From: Parasitella parasitica NRRL 2501
Taxonomy: Eukaryota > Fungi > Mucoromycota
DNA: 64,000 nucleotides
NCBI GenBank assembly: GCA_025201805.1
Contig: MU619239.1
Coordinates: forward strand, 335,010-399,009
Direction of reading: 5' to 3'
Position numbers and translations under genes: made by a program. Positions 42,221-55,449 of the stretch are shown here, piece by piece; within the stretch, counting starts at the first letter, position 1; each line of letters starts with the position of its first letter. A model generated the notes under the pieces. It saw only the letters and a program-made list of their open reading frames with translations. It was not told the origin of the DNA and did not search any database.

Positions 42221-43774
42221 TATGTGGTCGATGACCGCCTTAGGATACCGTCGTAGACTGTCATTCCCGCCGCCAATCGATAACACAGCAACATACTGAT
42301 GGCATGAAACTCTTGATCGGCACTCAAGGCTTACTGATGTGTTGGCCACGACAAGTATATGCACCAGGATACAAGGGTGAAATCATACGTTTTGGCTCAA
42401 GCGATATATTGTGTCATTTATTGATTACTATACTCCTCCTCAATTGTTGATTCGCTTTGTACAAGAAGGTTCCATTTACTAGATTTAATCTGTCTAGGGG
42501 AAGCATTGGGATTTGGAATCATATCAGACATATCTTGCCTCTTGTCGCTCATCATGATTGTTAGATCAGAAAAAAACTTTTCACTCCATCCTCTGCGTAC
42601 ACCCTCTCCCCTTCTTTGAGAATGTTATCAAGGCATTCATGTTCAAACTGCTCAGAGATGGTATAAAAGCCATATAATACTACGTGCCCAGGTATTGCAG
42701 CTGACACACACTCTCATACAATATCCAAATTGAGTAACCTGACTATATCCTGTACAGTATAATATTGAATAGATATGCTGTTTCATATTTGTTGCTTCCT
42801 TCAGAGTTGGGATGGAGCTGTCTTCCTCTTTCTACCCCAAATGGTTTGCAGATGCTAGCAACAACCAAGCTGCTCAGTTATGTTTTGAAAGGCTTTTACA
42901 TTGCTCGGTTGAGCGTTTTGACGGCTACCTTACAGGCCATGCTTTTTGCGGTATGATTTCCTAAAAAGATACGACTTTTTTTTCTCTTGGAAGTAAGGTA
43001 AAAGATGTAAATAGTATGTCAATAGGTAATACACATAATATGTCAAAGGGCAAGATTTATGGTAAGAACATTTATTCTCTCTACTGCAAGTATAACTCGA
43101 TTGTAAACAAAGGATTTATATTTGAAACAGTTTAAAGGAGTTTGAGCAAAACCAATGTCTTGTGAACCAACTGTTCGTGTGTATGTCATTTAAAAGAGGA
43201 TGAGTATCTTCAAGGAGGTGAAGTTCTCGTTATACTCTATGATATAAAGTATTTTTGAAAAGGATTCATGGATCTAAATAACTTTACAAGCTTTATTTCT
43301 CATCATCAGACCTGATATTATCTGTTCAACACATTATCATGGTATTTTGCTGATATTTTGTGGAGCATATTTCAAGGGACACAACATTTCGCTATCTCAT
43401 ACAGTATAATATCTGACTTGAGTAACATTAGATGTTGAAAGAAATACTCTAATGTATGTATTTGTGGTCAATAATAAAAGGAACTTTTTTTGCAGACCCA
43501 ATGATTCTTTAACCAATTTGATGCATTATCATCGAAAAGTAAAAATGTTCTACATTAATCCTTACAACAAAACGTCATATCATGTTGGTGTACACTATAC
43601 TATACCATTTGGCTATTAGTGGGATTAATGTCAACTTGAGAATGACAAAAAGCAGGTTTTTAATAAAATAAACATATTGATATGGTTTAGTTCTCGTCTT
43701 TCATCATAAGCAGCAGTTTTTTTTTTTCAATTTGCCTCAAAATGGCATTTTACTTAGATCCAAACAACAGCACA

Positions 43775-43778
<4 letters not shown>

Positions 43779-43815
<37 letters not shown>

Positions 43816-43838
43816 TTTTTTTTTTTTTTTTTTTTTTG
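43779..43838 (+). repeat. Poly-T / A5 / poly-T homopolymer tract
   Basis: Two long T runs separated by aaaaa. Confidence 0.9.
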
Positions 43839-44503
43839 TATATATTGCATAAGTTTACATACCTATCTGCATGCGTATTTGTTATTTTTATTGCATTGTT
43901 GAAATTACATCTAAATTTAATTCCATGTATGTAAGTACTTGTATAGTTTACTACTACGTACATATGAATTGCATATATGGATATAAGATGAATGGTCATA
44001 TTATTATACTAAACAAAGTATTATATTGTAAAATAACAGCGCAGAAAACGACATGAATGCACATGTAATGTACAGTGAAAACAATAGATAAGAAGCTTGT
44101 ATGTAAGGTGTCCTTTACTCCGTCTTTCCCTATACACATTACACAAAAAGTTGATTTCTGCCATCTTTTATATATATATACGTATGATTCCTGCATGCGA
44201 TATAACATGGAAAGAGAGTAAATTATATGTACACAATAAAAAAAAAAATTTTAGATGCTACTCACATGTGTGATTATGATAAGATGAAATACTTGTACAC
44301 TACTGTGAATATTTTATATATTTAAAGACATAAAGTAGCAATAAAGGGGGTCATATAAGGGATATAAGATAGGGAGGGAGGGGTATTAAGTACAGTTGAT
44401 TTTTTTATGCTGCTGCTCACTGCAAGCAACAGATCTACCCTATAGGTATATTAATAAAATGTGGTATTTGTGGAGTGGTGATGGCGGTTGGGCGAGCATG
44501 ATA

Positions 44504-47241
44504 TTATTTACAGAGCGAAATTTCGGGATGAATCCAGCCATTTGATCGTGTAATCCAATCCGACTCAAGCTCGTAGTCATTGAGACATTGAAGGAGTTCC
44601 TTGATGTTGGATTCTAATCTGTTCGGATGACCTATTTCACAGTTAACATTGAAAGAAATAGAGGCATAAAGGCAGATTTTGACTTACCATGAACAAGAGC
44701 GAACTGAACTCGAATCTTTGATGTATTCTTGATTTTTGACATATGACACACAAAGGAGAAATATGAGTTGGGTTTTCTTTTCATGGAGCCGCTCCATACG
44801 ATTTTTCCGTGAGGGTACATCCTTCCAGTCAACTTTCCATGGAAGCGCTCTTCGAGAACCTGATGTAGTTTACCAGCTGTTTCACATTCATGCTTTGAAA
44901 TGCATTCAATGGCGATAGTCTATGCAAAAAGACAGGATATCAGTCATTGTGTGTGCCTGAGACATGTAGTAAAGATTACCTTTTCCGGTGCTTTTCTTTT
45001 AAATAGTAAGTAATCGCAGGTTTTAGTCCACCAATTTGGATAATGCGGCTCATCTTTAGAATATAGCCACCATGTACTCCTGGGCTCTTGCTGCTGCACT
45101 ATGGTGCTCTCTATGGGCTGTGTCATAATGAATACATCTGCTGCATCTGATTTTGATCCTCGGGTTTCCTCAGTCTGGGCTAATGTACCATCATCATGTA
45201 TCCAATGATGACGAGGGGCAGATGAATAGGAAATTAATGAACAGGCAGCCGCAGCCGCAGTAATCATAGGTCGATTTTGTTGCTGTTGCTGCAGTATGGA
45301 GCTGATAGCTGGGTAAGGGTCACCGTTTTGATCACTAATTGTTGTTGTTAGGGCACATGATTTTCATTTAAAAAATAAAAAAAAAAGAATAAACATACCC
45401 TCTTTTATCGATCGTTACGGTAGAATCTATCAAGTGCTGAAATGTAGTTGTGCTTTTTGGCGTTGGAGGCAAATCAAGTGTTCTGCAGCATGACATGGTA
45501 TCGATCGAAGACTCGTAGGGCGTGGAGAGATTGTAGGATTCAACATCATCGCTGCCATGGCGCAAAGAACGAAGTGGGGGTGTCATAAGCACATCATCTG
45601 CAACGACGGAAGATCTCCGAAGAGGCAAACTAACTGAGCCTGTTTGTAATGTGTGTCTTAGTATACGCTGCAAAAAATGCTACTGTTGGTATGTGTACAC
45701 TCACTATTGTTCTCCGCAGCCTCGAGTCGAAGAAATCTCTCTTGAAGCAATTTGCATGTCAGCTTTTGTACATTTGGACCCTGCTGGGATAGGCTTGCGA
45801 TCAGGTCGGTCTCAGACTTTTCCCTCCACAGCACTTTGAGTGTCTCCCAAATCTTTCCGTCTAAATCAGACTTGTGAGTCACTAAGGAAGCTTGCAGTTG
45901 AGGGTCGTTTAGCGAATTGAACATGTTGGTTGTAGTGTGCTGCAAAAATCGCAATTCAGTGCCCAAAAACGACTTGTTGGTCAGCCAAGGATGGTTCAAT
46001 ATCTCAGCCATCTAAAAAAAATATATTATTAGCTCACGGCATGTGCGTGGTATGCAGCAGTCAATTGTATGCTTACAGTCATTCTTTTGGCTGGATCAAC
46101 AACTAGCATACGCTTAATCAGGTCTTTTGCATCAGATGAAAGGTATTCTGGTAATGTGCGATATTTCCCTGTTTTAATTTTCGCCAGTAGCCTACCCATG
46201 TGTTCATCATCAAAGGGTAAATGACCGGTCATCATAGCGTATAAAATGGCCCCGCAGGACCAGACGTCAGCCGCTGTGCCGTCGTAACGTCTCCCCTAAA
46301 AAAGGAAATATGTCAATATTCAAGTGGAATGTTTGATATTTGTATATCCACTTACTTTTACAATTTCTGGACTTGCATAATGTGGGGATCTATGTAGACT
46401 ATGTGTTTAATAACGGATCGAATCTTCTATATATATATATGTATATATGTATAATAGTTACCCGCAACTGGTTCTCAGTAATGCATTGGGCTGCTGCATA
46501 GCTGCCATTCCAAAATCAGCAATTTTAAGGTTCTTCTTTTCCTTGTCCAGCAAGATATTTTCAGGTTTCAAATCACGGTGGCTGATGTAGTGGGTATGGC
46601 ACCAATCCAACGCTGTGATCATTTGGCCAAAGAGGTGTCTTGCTTCGTTTTCAGGCAGTCGACCCCTTTCTGCTAAGACATGGAACAACTCGCCACCCTC
46701 CAGATACTCCATGACAAAGTAGACATAGGAAGAGTCTTGCAGCACTTGCCGAAGATCAATCAAATGGGGGTGATGTAGCAGCTGCAGCACTGCGAGTTCT
46801 CGCTGCACAGATTTGGATGTAATTGAAGATGCTGTAAGATGGCTTCTTGAAATCATTTTAATTGCGACCTTTTCGCCCGTTTGTTTGTGAATACCGAGCT
46901 TCACACGGCCTACATTGTTGTTGTAAAGAATTTGTATGTGGTTAATAGGGATTAGAGTTCAGAGAAAGAGAAAGAGAGAGGAGTAGTAAGGAGAAAAGGG
47001 GGACATGACATGAGCAAAATAGGAAAAATCATAAAAAAAGGAAAAGGAAAAGGGTCAACTAAATGCTAAACTTACCAGACGCTCCACGGCCGATTGTTCT
47101 ACAGAGGATGTAGTCGCCAATTTCTTTCTTTTTCTTAATGGCAGTGGGTAACGTATGCGATCGTTTATTTGCATGTTTGTTGGTTTCAATTGGCTGTTGT
47201 TGTTGATTGTGATGGCGTGCTAGATAAGTCATGAAGGCCAT
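44504..47241 (-). CDS. CAMKL Ser/Thr kinase, Gin4/Hsl1/Cdr2/BRSK (Nim1) type, multi-exon
   Basis: 'IGDYILCRTIGRGASG|RVKLGIH', '[12 protein letters not shown]', 'IADFGMA', 'LRTSCG|SPHYASPEIV', 'GHLPFDDE'; UBA-like 'IWETLKVLW' and a C-terminal KA1-like region. Confidence 0.9.
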
Positions 47242-47686
47242 TTTTTTGTTGTATTGTGTAATTGTGCCCGCACTATTTATTAAGAGGTAGTAGAAGTCTT
47301 GAGTAAAAGAAGAAGAGCGAAAGAAAAGGAGGAGGAAAAAGAATAAAAAAAAATGCTTTTTATATATAGCATTTCAAATGTACATGTAATATGTATGAAT
47401 GATAGCATTCAATACAAGCGCCACTTTGCTGCTGGTAAGAATAAATGCAAGATGACTAAAAAAGGGGTTTTTATCTCTTGTTTTGGTCAAAAACTTGTAT
47501 GTCGAATTTATTTTGGGCCCTGGAACACAAAACAGGATGCAATTTATATATATAAACACAAACAAACTTTTATATATTTGATGATAATTATATATATATA
47601 TATAAAAAGGGGATTCCCTGCTCAGTTTGTGCTGCAAGAATATGTACGATGAAATGCAAAAGAAAAAAATGGGTTGGGGTATCGTT

Positions 47687-48857
47687 TTAGATGGACTGGA
47701 GAAGGGAGGAAAATCCAACTAGAAATATACCAATAAAGAAAAATAATGGCACGCATCGATGGGTTGCATCTGCTCTAATGGCTTGTGGTAGCATACTCTG
47801 GAGCATCGAGTTAATTCAGGGCCTTCAAGCTAAAAATATATACAAAACACTTACTTGCACTGCAATTAGACACATCATGCCACTAACAACACCAAATATA
47901 ATGCCAAACAGAAAGTTTTCCTGCTCTTGATCCACATTACGGATAGCCAGTAATCCCAGCACGGCGCCTACTGGTTGTGACATGCCGCCCAAGATGGAAG
48001 CATAGCTGAACGCAGCAAATCGGGATCCGGTAGCGTAATACAAAGGCAGCGAGATCAGGAATCCCTCAATAAGATTATGTATGGTCATTGCCGCTGCTAC
48101 GCTGAGGCCTAACTGACTCGATGATTCATTTGATATAAACATGATCAACCCTTCTATATAACCGAAATATACCAGGCGTGTAAACAAACAGATAAACCAT
48201 ATCATGTAATACATCACAAGATGACAAACCTGGGAATTTGTGTATGCAAATTGCAATGGCTGTTTGTATGCCGATAAGAAAATAGTCATTTGTATCCTGC
48301 TCAAGATCTTCATCATGTATTGTAATGCTGCCATACTCTGCATCTCTATCACCTAGGTGATGATGGTGACGGTGATGACGGTGGTGGTGATTATGTAGTG
48401 GCGGTGGTGTTGGGGGTAATATAGGCTTCATCAAATCTCGTTCCTCTACTTCTTGCTCTAATATATCATTGTCGTTTAATTCAGGTCCGTGGACAAGTTC
48501 ATTGATACTTGTGTTTCCAACGTCCTTGGAAGTGACAGCCGATGTCGGATCGCAAGTGTGGATGGCATGAGGCGCACACCATTGAATGAAATAGGACAAT
48601 CCAACTGTAAATATAACTCCAGCAAAGAAGCATGAAAATGTCAGTAGATTCGAGTCAAACTTTTGATGCGACGCTGGTAATAACGTGTACAGTGAATTAA
48701 ATACGAGGACTCCTCCGCCCAATGCCATTGACCCTGATAAAAACTGTTTGCTTTCCAACACTTTTCCGCCGAGAAATACGACACTGGCGCCGACGACACA
48801 CGCTGTTGATGATATAATCACCATCAGCCATCCTTCAGTACTTGCTTCGATAACCAT
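47687..48857 (-). CDS. ZIP-family (GufA/ZupT/Zrt3-like) zinc transporter, 3 exons
   Basis: His-rich loop 'HNHHHRHHRHHHH', TM4 'AICIHKFP|EG', TM5 'TIHNLIEG', 'SQPVGAVLG'. Confidence 0.92.
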
Positions 48858-49764
48858 AATGTCTAAGAAATAGTTTTTTTTCCTAGAAAAGAAAAGGGAA
48901 AAGAAAGAAGTATGTCTCATGGCAAATCTCCAGTTCTTCATTTAAGTGGCAAGCTTTCGTCCCAACTGATTTTTAATTGGATGTTGTATTGAATATCGTG
49001 ACACTTGCAGCAATCTTTCTATGAGCTTTTTTTACATTAAAAAAAGAGTGTATCTCGATAATATTATAGCAGCTTTATAAATTGTTTGACTCGATGCCTC
49101 TATACATAGGTAGTACATTTACCTTTATTGCCTTTTAGATTAGCAGCAGGAATCCAATGTTCTAATCGGCATATCGAAACCTTTTTGTTTTAGGTTGATC
49201 ATCTCCGCTGTCAGCCGATAGAAACATGAAAAACATTTAGATTTGTTGACTGATTACCGGGTAGTATGAACCCAGAACAAAATTAAGAGATCATACAAAC
49301 TACCAATGATGGGTTCAATTAAATACCTATTTGCAGTTTTAAATTTGTCGAGCTAGAAATATTTGAACACACTCCCAAAATTATGAATGTACCCGATACA
49401 GGCAGGCCTATGCTTGAGCATCAAGTATAAACAGAATGCCAATAGCTATCTCAATTTTTCAAAACCATGCTTAAGGAAAGCTTTTTTAGAGCCTGCTTAC
49501 ATGTAAAAGTAGCAATCCTTTTTCAAAGAGCAGGGATTTCATCGACTTTCTCAAAATATCAAACAATCTCGATTTAAACGCCAACTCATCGAGTGATCTA
49601 GTTGCCAAGGCAAATGGAGATCTACAAACCGTTTGATATAGCTGATTGCTTGTTGGCGGTAGCGGTGGTACCACAGTTAAACAGTCCGCGGAATGAATAA
49701 GGAACAAACAAGGGCCATATGCTACTTTTTTTTGTTGACAGCCCTACCATCTCATAAGCACAAT

Positions 49765-50797
49765 ATGTTGCGTCGATTCACAACCTTTGGCTTGACACAA
49801 GCAAAGTGCTCCTTTAACAAAACTCAAACCCTTTGGAAACCAACATCTGTCTGTTTGCAACAACAAAGATATGCTGTAAAGTAAAAAAGCTGCTAGTATT
49901 TAGAACAAACATCAAAAACTGAATGTTGTATTTTTTTTTTTTTTTTTTTTTTTAGGGCCATAACAAATGGAGCAAAGTTAAGCATACCAAGGGCTCTAAA
50001 GACGCAAAAAAGAGCATCATGTACTCTAAAATGTCACTCGAGATTTTATCAGCTGCTAGAGGTTTGTTGGAAAAAAAAAAAAGAATGCCTTGTTTGACAA
50101 ATACTAACAGGAAAATATAAGCGGGAGGCATTGACCCAAGTGTCAACAACAAATTGCAGGCCATTCTGAACAGAGCAAAAGCAGCAGGCATGCCCAAAGA
50201 TAATATTGAAAATGCTTTAAAGAAGGCCGGTGATAAAAACAAGGATGATCTCGAAAGTGTTCAATACGAATGCGTCGGTCCGGGAGGTATTGCGTTGATT
50301 GTGTAAGATCAGTTGCTGCGATGAGAGAGATTGGTTTGCTTACTGTTGTTGTTTTAAGTGAGGCGCTCACAGATAAGAAATCAAGGACGGTCAAGGAAAT
50401 CAAGGAGGTCTTGAATAGGGTGGGTGGATCTGTTACCTCTGTTGGCTACCTGTTTGACAAAAAGGGCAAGGTTGTCTTTTCTGCGGGAGAGTCGGGGCAC
50501 AGCTTTGAGCAAATTATGGATAATGCCATTGATTGTGGCGCAGAAGACATTGAACAAGATCCAGAGGAGAATTTGATTCAAGTCATTTGCGATTTCTCTG
50601 ACCTTAATGCTGTATCCAAGGCGCTGGTGGATCACAAATACGAGGTCCAGGAAATTGAAGCTACCTACATCCCGCTTAGTACAGTGGACGTTGAAGATAC
50701 AGACACTATTGAGCAAGTTGAAAAATGTATCGAGGACATGGACAACTTGGACGACGTCGTCAAAATCCATTGCAATGCAATTGTTCATAATCAATAA
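49765..50797 (+). CDS. TACO1: Mitochondrial YebC/TACO1 (Dpc29) translational activator, 4 exons
   Basis: Presequence-like 'MLRRFTTFGLTQ...QQQRYA', then 'GHNKWSKVKH', 'MPKDNIENA', 'YECVGPGGIALIV|EALTD', 'LDDVVKIHCN'. Confidence 0.93.
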
Positions 50798-50854
50798 ATG
50801 TATATATATATATATATATATATATGTATTTTATTAACAAAGCATGGAAATCTG

Positions 50855-53800
50855 TTAAAAGTACTGTGCGAGCGAGGCTTCCTGTTTCAATTCAGGGTGG
50901 CTGGAAACAACATAGTAGGTATGTAAAAGAAGATGAGGGAATCTAGTGGTAAAATAATACAAGAAATGGTCGGGTGGTTCTCCGTATACTTTCTTTACAG
51001 GGTCTGGCAGATCTTGCCAGTGATGTTTCTGTAGACATGATTAGTATATTGCTCGTAGATATGCCGCATTTTACATATATACCTTATTTCTCAAAGCTCT
51101 CAGCAAATCACGGACCCGTTTGCCATCGTATTTTCTGTAATTTCTTAGATCACTGGCAACAACACGATCAATACGCTTATACCAATCGCCACCCGTAACA
51201 GTAGCCATATTTGATTCAAGCGCTTGCAGCAAGCGCGAGGGCGGATCACGCTCTTCAATTTCAAATCTATCAGATGCGTCCTGCAAGAAAGTGAGTCTTT
51301 TCGAAGTAGACCAGAAGAATGGATGAGACAAAATGGTATCACAGTTGGGTCTGTTTATAAGAATCATTAGCAAGGCAAATTTCACATTGACTTTTGTATT
51401 TTTACAAACCTTTGCTTGGGTTCAATGGAGATCATTCTTTCAACCAAGTCTTTTGCTTCAATCCCATCTTCGCCCATAGAATCCAACTTTTCGAGATTGT
51501 AATGGCCGTTCAAAATGTTGTTTTCACGTCCAAATCGATTGCCAAACGGATGATCGCCGCCGCTTAAAACATAGTAAAATACACAGCCAGCAGAGAATAT
51601 ATCAATAGCCCTTGTCGCTTTCACGCGGCCCATCATTGTATTGGGGTCTGTCGAAGAAGATTCACGAGTGCTGCTAAAGCTAGTGTCTGATGATGTCGCG
51701 GCCAATGCGCCTGCCAATAGCTCAGGAGCTCTCCAGCCAGATGTACCAGCTGGCGAGGCTGCTGTATAATTAAAACTGCTCTGTTCACCATCTAGCTTTT
51801 TGCACAGGCCAAAATCAGATATCAGCACACGCATTTGAGGGGCGTCTTTTATAAATCGATTTTTGCAAGGCGCCAGTAGAATGTTGTGAGGCTTGATGTC
51901 TCTGTGCACAATTTTGAGCGAATGAAGGTATTGAAGGCCGCAAGTAAACTGCGATAGAATGTTGGCAGGGTTCATTGCGTCGCATTGCTGCATTTCGGGT
52001 ATAGGCAGTGATCGTTCCATGTAGTCATTGAGCGAGCCAAAGCAGAGCTCCAGTGCAATGTACAGAAACCTATCAGATTCTTCTTTATAAAAGTATCGCA
52101 CTACGTTGGGATGGTCATCGCTCTCTTGTAGCAATTTGACTTCTTTGAGCGCGACATCGTAAAAATCCAGCAATAATCGTTTAACTGCAACATCTCGGCT
52201 ATCAAATATGCCTTTATATACAACGGTGCCATGACTCCCGTAGCCGAGAACTTTATCAGATATCTCTAAAACTCTAGACTTTGATTGCTTAAAGCTTTCC
52301 AAATCCAAACCAGTGGATGATTTCTTTACAACGGCAACTTGCTTTGATAGTCTTTGATTCATTTCTTGCTCTTCTTTTTGCTCTTCTTTTTGCTCTTCTT
52401 TTTGCTCTTCTTTTTGTTCTTCTTTTTGCTCTTCTTGCTCTTCTTTCTCCTTCCTTTTTCTTTCTTCCTTCTTTTCCTTTAGCCTTTGGGGTGCAACTCC
52501 CAAAGCTGCTGTTTCCGCCTGCTTCTTTTCTTCGTCCGTCCTCTCTTTGCTGGGTTTGTCGGTATCGAAGCTTTCCAACGAGTTGAATGAGTCTGCCCTC
52601 TCTCTGCTAATTTTTTCTTTTTCAGCCAATGCAGCAGCCGCAATCCGTGCTCTTGTTCGCTTCTCTTTAGCCCGCTTTTTAAGCAACTTTTTCCAGCGAG
52701 GCAATACTTTGACTTGGTAGAAGGCCTGCACTCGATCTCGATAGACATAGACAATAACAGACGAAACCAATATGTAGCTCTTCCAGAACTTGCCGAATCC
52801 TTCATGAAAGAAGCCTCGTTTTCTCCTCTCCTCGTCTCCATCGTCGTCGTAAGCATTCAAATCTTCTAAACGATGGTATCTGGGGATGGAGGGCAGTGTT
52901 GTAGCCAAGGATGATGGCGATGACGATGAGGAGGTTGGAGCCGAAGAAGCAGTGGGTAAATACAGTTTGGAATGGTGGTATAATGGATGGTCATCGTCGT
53001 CTACATCATCAATGATGGACTGAACAACATGCTGACCAACAAGGCAATCGATATGGTATTCGCAGCCATGGCAGCACATCTCGGGTGGCTTTTGGGTCCA
53101 TTCAAAATCGCTGGATTTGGGATCATTGTTCTTGCTTCCTTCAATCAATTGACTTGTATCCCCTGGACGTCTACCAGTATACATAGATGCCCAAGGCGAG
53201 ATTTGAACGAGTGGGTACTTTTTAGTTGACAATGCAAAAAGACTGCCATCGTGTACACCCACGTAAGCAGTAGCAATTTCGTGTTTTCGAAACATTAAGC
53301 TCAACATGTTACCAACAGCGCCTTTGGTGAGTGATTTAGGAGGGTCTTGCTTTGATAGTGCAAAGGTGTAATCTTCTCGACGATAAACATCAAACACATT
53401 GACTACAGGATAAGGAAGATCTCTAGTCCACATTAAATTACCGTCCTGAACATTGATGCCTGTGATGGCATAAGTGGCATCAGGGGCAATGTAGATGTCT
53501 GATGCAACCGCGCTTGTTGGGGCATCCCAATCCAACTTGTTGGGTATATACTCACTGTAAGTGACATTCCATAATTTCTTGTAATGATCGTCATATATTG
53601 CAACCTTGTATTCTAGTGTCAAAAATGCATGTTAGCTCTTTAACCCTCTCCTTTCTCGGAATTGCCGTTGCGAATACCATTTCTACCAAGAAATATAGTT
53701 CTTGCAGGATATTGACTTTGGGCCTGCGCTACCATGCGATAGTGGTTATCTACTTTATTCAAGTCTATTTGCTGAAGAATTCTTCCGTTTCGTGGGTCGA

Positions 53801-54609
53801 TTTCAATCATTAATGTGCTTTTTCTGCCAATATATGTTGTGCCATCTGGTGTGCGGAAAGGTGAGTTGGTGACGATTTCTTCGACTGAAAAAGGTAATTT
53901 CTAAACAAGTTTTTCTGGATTAGTTGTTGTAAAAACGAACGCTTAAAAAAAAACCATCTACCTCCAGAGGTCTTCCATCGCCGTATATGTACAAAGTGCC
54001 GCCATCTTGGGGCTCTATAATATAATAGATGTCTGGATCCTCAACATCACCAGAGCCATCCCAATGACTTTGTAGATGAAACTCAGGGTCATCATTGTAG
54101 TCGTCTGAGTCCTCCCCGTCTGTGAGAATATCATCAAAAGTGTCCAAGAACAACCTATCTGAATCTTGATCAGAGTTGCTGCTGCCGGTGCTGTCTCGGC
54201 GATCAGACGTTGGACCCGGCTTATAAAGTTTGTGTGTTTCAAAGTTTGAATTTGACTTGATAAGCGAACTTCCTGGACCACCCTTAAGAGTCCAGTGAAC
54301 ATCACCTTGGAAACGATCTATGCCACGAATGGAACCATCCAATGTTGATACTAGTACTAAATTTGTACGTACAAGGGCACCATTTGATGTTGCTGCTGAC
54401 GATGACGGTGCAGCATCTTTTCCCCCCTCTTTTCTAGAAGAATCTAATAATAAGTTTCTCTTTTGCTGATACAGAGTCATGTCGCTTGGAAAAGATGGTT
54501 TGGACTCGACACAGTAAATGGCAAACATAGATAATAATATAATGATGGAGAAAGAAACCCATTGAACCAGATTCAAGGTGCTTCTGAAAGACCTGACTAC
54601 TAATACCAT
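50855..54609 (-). CDS. IRE1: ER stress sensor kinase/endoribonuclease Ire1, multi-exon
   Basis: Signal peptide; luminal 'LVSTLDGSI', 'YIIEPQDGGTLY'; TM; kinase 'LGYGSHGTVV', 'DVAVKRLL', 'ESDDHPNV', 'HRDIKPHNIL', 'ISDFGLCKKL', 'GTSGWRAPE'; RNase 'FLQDASDRFE', 'DLLRALRNK|KHH'. Confidence 0.97.
52366..52446 (-). repeat. 12-bp coding tandem repeat encoding (QKEE)n in the Ire1 cytosolic linker
   Basis: About 5 near-perfect copies of CAAAAAGAAGAG plus degenerate flanking units. Confidence 0.9.
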
Positions 54610-55183
54610 TTGTTATTAAATCAAAAAAAAAAGAAAACACTAATAGTAGAGTCGAGTTTTTAAAACATAATTTGTAAGAAACAGAGAAAGAATGGTTGGA
54701 AGAAAAAAAAATCCAAGAAAGGGAGGGGCAACTAGCCAGAGTTTTGCGAGGCCGGACAAGCTCTTATTTTGTTCAAACATCACGTGAAATGGGGTCTTTC
54801 ATCTTCTTTCATCACCAACAACAATGGATGCAGCTTTTAAACTTTGACATGTTATTGGACATTTTGTTTATTATTAAGAATTATCATCAAAGATATCATA
54901 ATTACTGGCAAAAAAATAAAAATAGTGCAGAGTTGCTTTAAAAGTACTAGAAAATTTGGCTTCATAAAGGTAAAAAATATAAGTCAAGTAAATAGGGTAT
55001 CCTGATTACATTTATCCACACATAAACATGGTATCATAGCATATACATAATATATCTTTAAAGTGTATACAAAATTTTGAGCATTAAAGCCAAGGATGGA
55101 GACATATATAGCAATATGTATGTACAGGCAAGCTCTATGGCCTCTTTGAATGCTCAGTTTTCTTGGTTCTAGGTACGATATGT

Positions 55184-55390
55184 CTACAGCGATCTTCTAG
55201 CGATTGTATACGCAGTAGAGCCATACATTACTAGCATCTCTGAAGTATCCACGTAAACGGGTCCTCTGAACGATTGCGAATTAAACCATGTCGCAGCATC
55301 TCTTAGCCAAAGTTTTTCGATGATTTGTTGGCTTTCTACGTCGAATCGTACCCAATTAGAACCGGAAGCGTAAACCCATTCAACTACCAT
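55184..55390 (-). CDS. 68-aa stand-alone WWE-like domain protein
   Basis: W..W..E spacing (EWVY...NWVRFD..SQQIIEKLW), 'YVDTSEM' and terminal 'IARR' as in WWE domains. TATA-like TATATAAATAA about 90 nt upstream and a (TC)n leader. Confidence 0.72.
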   Translation of the reverse strand: MVVEWVYASGSNWVRFDVESQQIIEKLWLRDAATWFNSQSFRGPVYVDTSEMLVMYGSTAYTIARRSL

Positions 55391-55423
55391 CGTGAGATTG
55401 ATATTTGTTGTATGAAAAAAGTA

Positions 55424-55449
55424 AAGAGAGAGAGAGAGAGAGAGAGAGA
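55424..55449 (+). repeat. (AG)n microsatellite in the 5' leader of the WWE-like gene
   Basis: About 13 AG units. Confidence 0.9.

Noticed and set aside
41484-42960. Possible pseudogene around the MITE (slightly GC-richer flanks, short ORFs)
   Set aside because: No recognisable protein motif and no continuous frame after removing the MITE; cannot be supported without a search.
44632-45267. Apparent separate genes or a frameshift downstream of the kinase domain
   Set aside because: The segments join through ordinary GT-AG introns into the kinase C-terminus (ECETAGKLHQVLEERF...).
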